Shown here one piece after another: positions 8,059 through 14,330 of a stretch of 14,330 nucleotides of DNA; the first letter of the stretch is position 1; each line of letters begins with the position of its first letter. Source of the stretch: Synechococcus sp. (GTDB taxonomy: Bacteria; Cyanobacteriota; Cyanobacteriia; Thermostichales; PCC-7336); assembly GCA_051439605.1 (NCBI GenBank), contig JBFRWN010000127.1, positions 1 through 14,330 of the forward strand. The letters are read 5' to 3'. Both the position numbers and the translations under genes were made by a program. Below the pieces are notes generated by a model that did not search any database, was not told the origin of the DNA, and saw only the letters and a program-made list of their open reading frames with translations.

Positions 8059-8118
8059 GTTCGACCGCGCTCTTCGAGTGCCTTAGGTTAGCATGTGGCT
8101 TTTCCTAGCTTGTTAGCA

Positions 8119-8134
8119 CTCTGATTTATCAGAG
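8119..8134. promoter_or_regulatory. Perfect 7-2-7 inverted repeat CTCTGAT-TT-ATCAGAG, candidate transcription-factor site
   Basis: Intergenic, ending 17 nt upstream of a -10-like TAAAAT (8152-8157) that precedes ATG 8184. Confidence 0.35.
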
Positions 8135-8183
8135 GACTTAGCTTGAGAGAGTAAAATTTTTCCTTGTTCGAGGCTAGAGAAAA

Positions 8184-8423
8184 ATGAATCTCAGAATTGT
8201 GATTGCAGCTGGAATCGTTTCGGCCCTCGTAGGGGCGATGTTGGGGATCGTTGCTTCAGCGATGGTCGAGCATTCTAGAGTTGGGCAACGGACCCCCAAT
8301 CGCAGGCGAAATGCGATCGCCGGTGCATCGGTGGGCTTTGTTATTGGTGCTGGATTCGCGGCACTTAAACAGGAGGGAGATGATTATTTTGGCGAAGAGG
8401 AGGAAGGAGAGAACCAAGGATAA
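8184..8423 (+). CDS. Small glycine-zipper-like membrane protein (79 aa, two TM helices)
   Basis: ATG with purine-rich upstream sequence. 'IAAGIVSALVGAMLGIVA' and 'AIAGASVGFVIGAGFAAL' show GxxxG / GxxxGxxxG spacing, separated by an Arg-rich loop; acidic C-terminus. Confidence 0.75.
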   Translation: MNLRIVIAAGIVSALVGAMLGIVASAMVEHSRVGQRTPNRRRNAIAGASVGFVIGAGFAALKQEGDDYFGEEEEGENQG

Positions 8424-8444
8424 AATATGACTCCATAACTGATT

Positions 8445-8999
8445 TCACAATTCACAGCGAATCAAGCTGGTCATAAAGAAGCTGGCCATTTTCGCACCGT
8501 AAGGGGAATTCCACCAATCACTGGGAAAAGCCCCTTGAGCTGCTTCTAAAGAGAAATCAAAATCGTCGTATTCCACCTTCATGCCGTTTTTCCGCCAGCC
8601 CGTTTTCTCAGCAGTCTTTTTAAGAGGTTCCAAGTCCTCTGCCCTGAGGGCATCGATACTCCCGCCGACGTCTAAATAGGTCTTGAGCTGAAGCCCAAAT
8701 CCAAATCTGCCGTTACTGTATTTCATCCACAGCCCATCAATGGTTCGCAGAGCGGTACAGGGATAGGTTTGCAAATCTGCAGGCGCGATATCGTCTTGAT
8801 GGGCTTTTCCGGACACTTCCACCAAAACCTTTGTGGTTTCCAGGTCTGCTTCCTTCCATTTCCCCTCAGCCAATAGGTCCCTGAGTTTGCCGTAACGATA
8901 GGTATCGGACAAACAGGCTAAAGCATCGTCTAACCGCTTCTCTAATTGAGTCACGCGATCTTCTAAAGATAGTTCGGTATTTACTTCGTTCTCAGCCAT
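8445..8999 (-). CDS. GUN4-domain protein
   Basis: 'Y..LRDLLAEGKWKEADLET', 'PC..LRTIDGLW.KYSNGRFGF..Q', 'TGWR' and 'FDFSL.A..G.FP' are GUN4-domain motifs. The N-terminus is a short coiled-coil-like segment, suggesting a paralog and not necessarily the canonical Mg-chelatase activator. Confidence 0.9.
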   Translation of the reverse strand: MAENEVNTELSLEDRVTQLEKRLDDALACLSDTYRYGKLRDLLAEGKWKEADLETTKVLVEVSGKAHQDDIAPADLQTYPCTALRTIDGLWMKYSNGRFGFGLQLKTYLDVGGSIDALRAEDLEPLKKTAEKTGWRKNGMKVEYDDFDFSLEAAQGAFPSDWWNSPYGAKMASFFMTSLIRCEL

Positions 9000-9135
9000 A
9001 GCATTTCTTCAGATCTGACTAACACCCATATTTTAAATTGGAGTATTGTGAATGCCGCCAACATTCAGAAAATCTACAGCTAACTGTGCGTTCTTCTCTG
9101 TTATCTATTCCCTTTGATATGTGAATTTTCTGAGG

Positions 9136-9154
9136 AGAACTAGAGTTCTATAAT
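9136..9154 (+). promoter_or_regulatory. Palindrome AGAACT-AG-AGTTCT overlapping a consensus -10 box TATAAT upstream of the usp gene
   Basis: Palindrome at 9136-9149 and TATAAT at 9149-9154, about 50 nt before ATG 9204. SD-like AGGA shortly before the ATG. No good -35 element (TTTTCT at 17-nt spacing). Confidence 0.5.
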
Positions 9155-9203
9155 CGATCGTGTCGTAAACTGAATGTACTTGCACTAGAACTGTAGGAAA
9201 ATA

Positions 9204-9662
9204 ATGGATTATAAAAAAATTCTAGTTGCCCTTGAACAACCTCCATTTAGCGATGAAGTCTTTGAGCGAGCAGCGGCGATCGCTCAAAATAGTGGTGCCT
9301 CTTTACTGTTAATTCACTCCCTAACGAGCACCATAGACTCTTTGGCACCCTCCCCATCGGTCTTCAGCGAGTCTATTCAGGACTTTGCCAGCAGGTTTCA
9401 AGAAAGTCGCAAACTTGCCGAGCAGAAATTAGCAGAATACGGAAAAATAGCCATCGATCGGGGAATTTCAACCGAGTGGGAATGCGAAGCAGATAAACCA
9501 GAAAAAGTAATTTTAGACCGAGCTAAAAGTTGGAATGCCGATCTAATCGTCATGGGGCGACGCGGGCTGAGAGGACTCAAAGAAGTATTGCTAGGCAGTG
9601 TCAGTAACTACGTTGTATACCACGCCCCCTGCTCGGTGCTAATTGTTCAACAGAGTGATTAA
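9204..9662 (+). CDS. Universal stress protein (UspA family, single domain)
   Basis: 'YKKILVAL', 'A.L.LIH' and 'ADLIVMGRRGLRGLKEVLLGSVSNYVVYHAPCSVLIV', including the G-2x-G-9x-GS ATP-binding motif. Confidence 0.96.
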   Translation: MDYKKILVALEQPPFSDEVFERAAAIAQNSGASLLLIHSLTSTIDSLAPSPSVFSESIQDFASRFQESRKLAEQKLAEYGKIAIDRGISTEWECEADKPEKVILDRAKSWNADLIVMGRRGLRGLKEVLLGSVSNYVVYHAPCSVLIVQQSD

Positions 9663-9710
9663 ATCGACCATTATTCAGATTTTTCAGAATGAAACAGTCG
9701 CTCGGATGAA

Positions 9711-9881
9711 ATGGTTTTGAACTCCTTACTGAAGAACTGGAAACATAAAGGCAGATTGTTGTTTTTCTTGGGAGCAGCAATTACGTTACTGTGTTTTGAC
9801 TATCATTACGGCATGATGGCTTTGTCTTGCCTCGGATTGATTTTTGTCTCGAAGGGTCTAAGAAATCGCAAACCTTCGTGA
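9711..9881 (+). CDS. Putative 56-aa membrane hairpin protein MVLNSLLKNWKHKGRLLFFLGAAITLLCFDYHYGMMALSCLGLIFVSKGLRNRKPS
   Basis: Below the ORF-track cutoff; translated by hand from ATG 9711 to TGA 9879-9881. Fills the gap between usp and the antiporter on the same strand. Two hydrophobic segments flanked by basic clusters (positive-inside pattern). SD is weak. Confidence 0.5.
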   Translation: MVLNSLLKNWKHKGRLLFFLGAAITLLCFDYHYGMMALSCLGLIFVSKGLRNRKPS

Positions 9882-9944
9882 CTTGTACTCACACTATTTG
9901 CCTGGTGTCACTAGGACTGCAAAAAAAAATATTGACTTAATACA

Positions 9945-11609
9945 ATGGACTATATTGCTCAATTCCTTGAAGACAGTCAAATCAGCCTGCTCTTTCTGGT
10001 CATTGGCTTGGGTTACCTCTTGGGTCAAGTCAAAATTAAAGGCTTTGAATTTGGTACCGTTGCCGGGGTATTGGTGGTCGGACTCATTTTCGGGCAATTT
10101 GATTACGAAATATCCCCTGTCTTACAAACATTAGGATTTACCCTGTTCATCGCGTCGGTGGGATATCAAGCCGGTCCAAAATTCTTTAATGTCCTGTTCA
10201 CTCAAGGCATTAAATATTTATTCTTGGCCGTGGTGGTTGCTACCACCGGTTTTTTTGTTGCTTTGGGGATGTCGAAATTCTTTGGTTTCGAACCGGGCAC
10301 TTCGGCTGGCTTGTTGGCGGGAGGCATGACCAGTACGCCTACATTGGCTGCCGCTCAAGCTGCAGTGCAAGCGGGGCAAGTGCCTATACCAGAAGGGTTT
10401 ACTGCCGATGAAGTCGTCGGCAACATTACCACCGGCTACGCCATTACTTACATTTTTGGCTTAGTGGGGTTGATCCTGCTTGTACGCTTTCTCCCAAAAG
10501 TCTTTGGGGTCGATTTGGTAAGCAATGCCAAAGAACTAGAACGGCAAAGTGAAAGTGAGGCAGGAGATACCGGCACCAGTCAACCTATTGTGACCAGAGC
10601 GTATACGGTCAGACAGTCAGATGTAATTGGCATCCCACTGTCAGAACTCGATCGGCAACTTCCGGGTAAAGCTATGGTCGTAAAACTCAAGCGGGGGAAT
10701 GACTTTATTCCCGTGGAGCCGGATACGATGTTTGAGTGGGGGGATAGCGTATCGGTGGTGGGCTATCTGAGTCAATTGGTGCAGGGATGGGATAAGATTG
10801 GTCCCGAAATTTCCGATGAAGACTTACTGGATACGGACATTCAAAGTGGCAAGATTGTCATTAGCAAATTAAAACCGAAAGGGTATACGTTGGGCGATCT
10901 GGCGATCGTCAACCAAACAGGCTGCATCCTCACGAAAATCCAGCGATTGGGAACGAGCATTCCCATTCAAAACAACGTCATATTGCTGAATGGAGATGTA
11001 CTGTGGTTGACCGGACCGAGCGCTAATTTAGAGCTCTTATCCAAACGCTTGGGCTATTTAGAACGCCAAATTGATGAAACCGATCTAGTCACGCTAGGTA
11101 TTGGAATAGCCGTTGGTGGACTGGTGGGAACTTTAGCAGTTTCGGTTGGGGGTCTATCCTTAGGTTTGGGGTCGGCAGGGGGACTGTTAACCGTCGGTCT
11201 GATTGTCGGATATTTACGATCTATTCATCCCACCTTTGGTCGCGCACCAGCGGCTGTCATTTGGCTGTTTATGGAACTGGGTTTATTGGTCTTCATGACC
11301 GGTGTAGGCTTAAAAGCTGGACAAACCTTAATTGAAACCTTGCTCAAGGTTGGACCTACCCTGTTTTTTTCTGGGGTTGTCGTGACGTTTTTTCCAGTGG
11401 TTGTAGGTTTTTTGTTTGGACGCTATGTCTTAAAGTTGCCGCCCGCCATGTTGATGGGCGGTATCACAGGATCCATGACCAGCGGAGCCTCCTTAAAAAT
11501 TGTCACTGCAGAAGCTCAAAGTTCCATTCCAGCCTTAGGGTATACAGGGGCTTATGCGTTTGCTAACGTACTGCTGACGATCGCCGGCAGTCTGATTATT
11601 CGATTTTGA
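9945..11609 (+). CDS. AspT/YidE/YbjL-family (aspartate:alanine exchanger-like) transporter with central TrkA-C/RCK_C domains
   Basis: 554 aa with duplicated membrane domains: 'LFLVIGLGYLLG..KIKGF..G.VAGVL.VGL', 'GF.LFI.SVGYQAGPKFF', 'AGLLAGGMTSTPTLAAA', 'GYAITYIFG'; second copy 'ELGLLVF..GVGLKAG', 'GGITGSMTS', 'ALGYTGAYAFANVLLT'. Two RCK_C-like soluble repeats lie between them. Substrate cannot be determined from sequence. Confidence 0.93.
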   Translation: MDYIAQFLEDSQISLLFLVIGLGYLLGQVKIKGFEFGTVAGVLVVGLIFGQFDYEISPVLQTLGFTLFIASVGYQAGPKFFNVLFTQGIKYLFLAVVVATTGFFVALGMSKFFGFEPGTSAGLLAGGMTSTPTLAAAQAAVQAGQVPIPEGFTADEVVGNITTGYAITYIFGLVGLILLVRFLPKVFGVDLVSNAKELERQSESEAGDTGTSQPIVTRAYTVRQSDVIGIPLSELDRQLPGKAMVVKLKRGNDFIPVEPDTMFEWGDSVSVVGYLSQLVQGWDKIGPEISDEDLLDTDIQSGKIVISKLKPKGYTLGDLAIVNQTGCILTKIQRLGTSIPIQNNVILLNGDVLWLTGPSANLELLSKRLGYLERQIDETDLVTLGIGIAVGGLVGTLAVSVGGLSLGLGSAGGLLTVGLIVGYLRSIHPTFGRAPAAVIWLFMELGLLVFMTGVGLKAGQTLIETLLKVGPTLFFSGVVVTFFPVVVGFLFGRYVLKLPPAMLMGGITGSMTSGASLKIVTAEAQSSIPALGYTGAYAFANVLLTIAGSLIIRF

Positions 11610-11790
11610 ATGCCTTGCATCGCTATGGCATACCATTGAATTCCTATCGGGTTTCTGTCGGCGATCGCGTACAAGCAAAATTGAACGTGCTTTGTTTGGC
11701 TTGGACACCTGACAGAATATGGGTTCTATGTCTTTGATTGCCTCCCGCCCGTTACACGTTTTGTCAGTCAAGTAGGTTGTTGAATTACGA

Positions 11791-12492
11791 ATGAAAATAC
11801 AATTAAACTCATCTCCTTTACAAATAACAAAAGTTTTAACATTAGTGTTTGTGATTCTCAGCATATTAAATTCGATCGTTCAATATGCAAAATATGGAAT
11901 AAACGATCGAGAAGATTGGATGTATATGTTTAATATGGATGAAGAATATAACTTTCCTACTCTATACACAGTTATTTTGTTGATAATTTGTTCCGCTTTG
12001 ATCAAGCAAATAACCATCTTAGAAAAAGATCGCCAAAGTATATTCATTAAATACTGGAAAATCTTATATTATATATTTATATTTCTGGCTTTTGATGAAG
12101 CATTTCAAATTCACGGAATTTTCATGCTCTTTCCTAAGTCAGCAGAAAAATTGCCTGGTATTTTTCATTTTCCTTGGGTTATTCCTTATGGAATTGCCTT
12201 GGTCGTTTTTGGTTTGTATTCTGCTAAGTTTATTTTGAATTTACCTGCAAAAATAAAAAGACTTTTCCTGTTATCAGCTACTTTCTATATAGGTGGAGCT
12301 TTAGGAGTAGAAATGTTAGGAGGATCGTGGATAAGAATAGCTGGAAATCAGAGAAACCTGGTTTACGCATTTATAGTTAGTGTAGAAGAAATGATGGAAA
12401 TAATTGGCTTGATTATATTTATTTATAGCCTGATGTTTTATATTACAAAATATCGACAAGAAAAGATTAATATAGCCATTGATATTAGCTAA
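11791..12492 (+). CDS. Hypothetical integral membrane protein (~6 TM), low GC
   Basis: 233-aa ORF with six hydrophobic segments and polar motifs 'FNMDEEYNFPTLY', 'FLAFDEAFQIH', 'WVIPYG', 'YIGGALGVEMLG' and 'VEEMMEIIG', which I recall from an uncharacterised bacterial membrane-protein family. Confidence 0.85.
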   Translation: MKIQLNSSPLQITKVLTLVFVILSILNSIVQYAKYGINDREDWMYMFNMDEEYNFPTLYTVILLIICSALIKQITILEKDRQSIFIKYWKILYYIFIFLAFDEAFQIHGIFMLFPKSAEKLPGIFHFPWVIPYGIALVVFGLYSAKFILNLPAKIKRLFLLSATFYIGGALGVEMLGGSWIRIAGNQRNLVYAFIVSVEEMMEIIGLIIFIYSLMFYITKYRQEKINIAIDIS

Positions 12493-12684
12493 TGCTTGGT
12501 TGGTATAGCCTCAAATGCCTACCCTGCAAGCTGTCCCGGCTTAAATTGATGGTCCTATTTCCTTGTTGTGAGCAGTAGGATAACTCTCAAGCGAACTTCC
12601 AGAGTCTCTGTCTTTGCAAGCGATCCCAGCAAAATTTGAAGCTTGGGCTATGGTAAATGGCGATCTCAAACTCATTTGATCGTC

Positions 12685-13026
12685 TTATCGCTTTTGCGAT
12701 AGCAACTGTTCGAGACGATCTACCAAAGGTGGGAGATCGGCAGTAACAATCTGCCAAATTACATCGAGGTTTACATCAAAGTAGGCATGGGAAAGGCGAT
12801 CTCGCGTACCTGCTATTTGCCGCCACGGTATGTCAGGAGACTGTTCGCGAATGGATGGGGAAACGTTTTTGGCCGCTTCTCCCAAGATCTCAATTAACCG
12901 CACCGTTGCTAGAGCAAGCAATTCATCCGTATCCAAATCTTCACGAGTGCGATCTTGGGTAAAGGCCAAGATTTTGCAGGCAGCATCATGCATGTGGCGC
13001 AGCCGTATTTCGTCAGACTTGGACAT
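12685..13026 (-). CDS. hepT: HepT-like HEPN ribonuclease toxin (DUF86), type VII toxin-antitoxin system
   Basis: 113 aa; 'R.IEILGEAAKNVS', 'PDIPWRQIAG.RDRLSHAYFDVNLDVIWQIV..DLP.L' with an intact RX4HXY motif (RDRLSHAY). Overlaps the upstream nucleotidyltransferase by 14 nt. Confidence 0.93.
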   Translation of the reverse strand: MSKSDEIRLRHMHDAACKILAFTQDRTREDLDTDELLALATVRLIEILGEAAKNVSPSIREQSPDIPWRQIAGTRDRLSHAYFDVNLDVIWQIVTADLPPLVDRLEQLLSQKR

Positions 13027-13327
13027 AGATCGATTCAGCTTCGGCTAAAACGCTTTCTCGAAAATAGCAGCTGAGGTCTTGCAACGTATTGAGATCGATC
13101 GGTCGTCCTAACAGATCGGACAATTGGTCTTGAATGTCGATAAAGGCGAATCCAGGAGTGTAGCCTGTCTCAAACTCTACTAAAACGTCAATATCGCTAT
13201 CTGGGTGAAAATCCTCCCTTAGCACGGATCCAAATAGAGCAAGCTTGCGGATATGAAATCGCTGGCACAATTCAGCAAGTTTCTCTTTCGGGATGGACAC
13301 ACTGGCTGGGGTGGAAATTATAGACAT
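13013..13327 (-). CDS. mntA: MntA-like minimal nucleotidyltransferase antitoxin
   Basis: Exact GSX10DXD motif (GS-VLREDFHPDS-DID), 'LALFGS', 'LSDLLGRPIDL'. Likely start is ATG 13327 (MSIIST..., 104 aa) with GAGGA upstream; the extension to 13420 in the ORF track does not resemble this family. Confidence 0.93.
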   Translation of the reverse strand: MSIISTPASVSIPKEKLAELCQRFHIRKLALFGSVLREDFHPDSDIDVLVEFETGYTPGFAFIDIQDQLSDLLGRPIDLNTLQDLSCYFRESVLAEAESIYVQV

Positions 13328-13499
13328 CGGATTGCATCGTTCCTCTAAAGCAAATCGTAACCTTCCCGCTGTCATCCCCACCTCTTTAATTCGCGAACAA
13401 ACATGAAAGCACGATCGCAATCTGACTCAATGGCACTCTCTTTGCGACAACCGAAAGGCGATCGCTTGTTGGCTTGAGAGCGCGCGAACTACACTGGCA

Positions 13500-13539
13500 T
13501 TAGCTCTTTGCCTAACCTTAGCTCTTTGCTTAAACCTTA
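13500..13539. repeat. Imperfect 18/19-bp tandem repeat TTAGCTCTTTGC(C/T)TAA(A)CC upstream of the Uma2 gene
   Basis: TTAGCTCTTTGCCTAACC (13500-13517), TTAGCTCTTTGCTTAAACC (13518-13536), then TTA. The 12-bp core is identical. Confidence 0.85.
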
Positions 13540-13556
13540 TCCTTCAGGCCGCCACC

Positions 13557-14165
13557 GTGGTACGGACTCCATCCAAAGGCAGAACACTCCTCATCGAACT
13601 GCCAAAGTCTCTGTCATTGCAAGTGACCCCCACTCAATTTGAAGCCCTGGCAATGGCCAATCGCGATCTCAGGCTAGAACGATCCGCGACAGGAGACCTG
13701 ATTGTGAATCCCCCCACCGGTTGGGAAACTGGAGAGCGTAACCGCAGTCTGACCGGACAGCTCGATCGGTGGTACGAAGACCACGACGATCTGGGAAAAG
13801 CCTTTGACTCGTCCACCGGCTTTACGCTGCCCAACGGGGCCATTCGCTCTCCGGATGCATCCTGGATTAGTCGAGAACGGTGGGAAGCCACCTCTCCAGA
13901 CGATCGAGGAACCTTTGCTCTTATTTGCCCTGATTTTGTCGTCGAACTTCGCTCCGCCTCCGATAGCCTCCAACATCTACAGGCCAAGATGCAGGAATAC
14001 ATGGATAACGGTGCCAAATTGGGTTGGCTGATCGACCCCCAACATCGGCAAGTAGAAATCTATCGCCAGGGAAAACCCGTGGAGACAGTTGTCGAACCAG
14101 CCGAACTCTCGGGCGAAAGCCTTTTATCTGGGTTCGTTCTGAATCTCAGGCGCATTTTTAGCTAG
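13557..14165 (+). CDS. Uma2 (DUF820) family PD-(D/E)XK putative endonuclease
   Basis: GTG start. 'LRLER.ATG.LIV.PPTG.ETG.RN', 'FDSSTGFTLPNGAIRSPDASW', 'CPDFVVELRS.SD', 'KMQEY.DNG..LGWLIDP....VEIYR' and 'LSGE.LL.GFVL.L' are typical cyanobacterial Uma2 motifs. Confidence 0.95.
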   Translation: MVRTPSKGRTLLIELPKSLSLQVTPTQFEALAMANRDLRLERSATGDLIVNPPTGWETGERNRSLTGQLDRWYEDHDDLGKAFDSSTGFTLPNGAIRSPDASWISRERWEATSPDDRGTFALICPDFVVELRSASDSLQHLQAKMQEYMDNGAKLGWLIDPQHRQVEIYRQGKPVETVVEPAELSGESLLSGFVLNLRRIFS

Positions 14166-14330
14166 GACAGAATTGCCATGCCAGAGGGGGGTAGGTCGAT
14201 CCAAACGGCCGATCGCCCCTGACAATTCACAACCGATACCGTTTCAGTCAGAGGGGGATCCTGCAGTTGCGCGTCGCTCCAATCGCTGCGATACAGCACC
14301 ATCAGGGTGGAACCCACCGGATGTAAAGCA
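14162..14330 (-). CDS. C-terminal 55 aa of a gene entering from the right edge; tentatively an alpha-amylase (GH13)-type C-terminal beta domain
   Basis: Hand translation ...ALHPVGSTLMVLYRSDWSDAQLQDPPLTETVSVVNCQGRSAVWIDLPPSGMAILS* is open to the edge, with TAG at 14164-14162. The 'V.IDLPP.GMAIL' ending resembles the last strands of GH13 C-terminal domains. Coding status is more certain than the product. Confidence 0.6.
   Translation of the reverse strand, partial: ALHPVGSTLMVLYRSDWSDAQLQDPPLTETVSVVNCQGRSAVWIDLPPSGMAILS

Larger units (their letters stand above)
800..13465. repeat. Dispersed HIP1 palindromes (GCGATCGC)
   Basis: Perfect copies begin at 800, 1751, 2258, 3017, 3270, 8313, 9276, 11661 and 13458, plus many CGATCG cores. 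About 0.2 copies are expected by chance in 14 kb. HIP1 over-representation is an established cyanobacterial trait. Confidence 0.9.

Noticed and set aside
8068..8082. GCGCTC-TTC-GAGTGC hairpin after the 30-aa ORF as a terminator
   Set aside because: Only a 6-bp stem with one G-U pair and no following T-tract.
9883..10134. ORFs 9883..10134 (+) and 9894..10097 (-); likewise 11535..11864 (-)
   Set aside because: They overlap the antiporter or the low-GC gene in other frames and have no motif support.
13328..13420. 31-aa N-terminal extension of MntA given by the ORF track
   Set aside because: Minimal nucleotidyltransferases are about 100 aa; ATG 13327 with an upstream GAGGA gives the expected size.
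14181..14195. Possible frameshift in the G-run of the right-edge gene
   Set aside because: Recounting gives six G's (14186-14191), which keeps the frame intact (LPPSGMAILS*).
1..14330. CRISPR array, IS element, tRNA/rRNA or prophage genes
   Set aside because: No regularly spaced repeat-spacer units, transposase or integrase motifs, or recognisable stable-RNA sequences were seen; the two tandem repeats have only two copies and no spacers.

Overview
Cyanobacterial chromosomal window of roughly 50% GC; the assignment rests on at least 9 perfect HIP1 GCGATCGC octamers plus DUF1400, GUN4 and Uma2 family genes. Left to right: the 5' part of a DUF1400/alpha-beta hydrolase gene (minus, off the left edge), divergent from a long MscS-family channel; a hairpin-dense ~500-nt intergenic region; an RND efflux pair (membrane fusion protein plus HAE1/AcrB-type permease, no local TolC) followed by three small membrane-protein ORFs, one a 30-aa ORF absent from the ORF track; a stand-alone GUN4-domain gene (minus); a universal stress protein, an unlisted 56-aa membrane hairpin ORF and an AspT/YidE/YbjL-family antiporter; a low-GC integral membrane protein gene; a HepT/MntA type VII toxin-antitoxin pair (minus); a Uma2/DUF820 endonuclease; and the 3' end of a convergent gene. 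No CRISPR array, rRNA, tRNA or transposase was seen. The large genes belong to known families. The best leads for something new are the microprotein cluster trailing the RND pump, the structured region upstream of it, and a LexA-like box abutting the usp -10 element. All three are inferences from reading the sequence by eye and need the checks listed.
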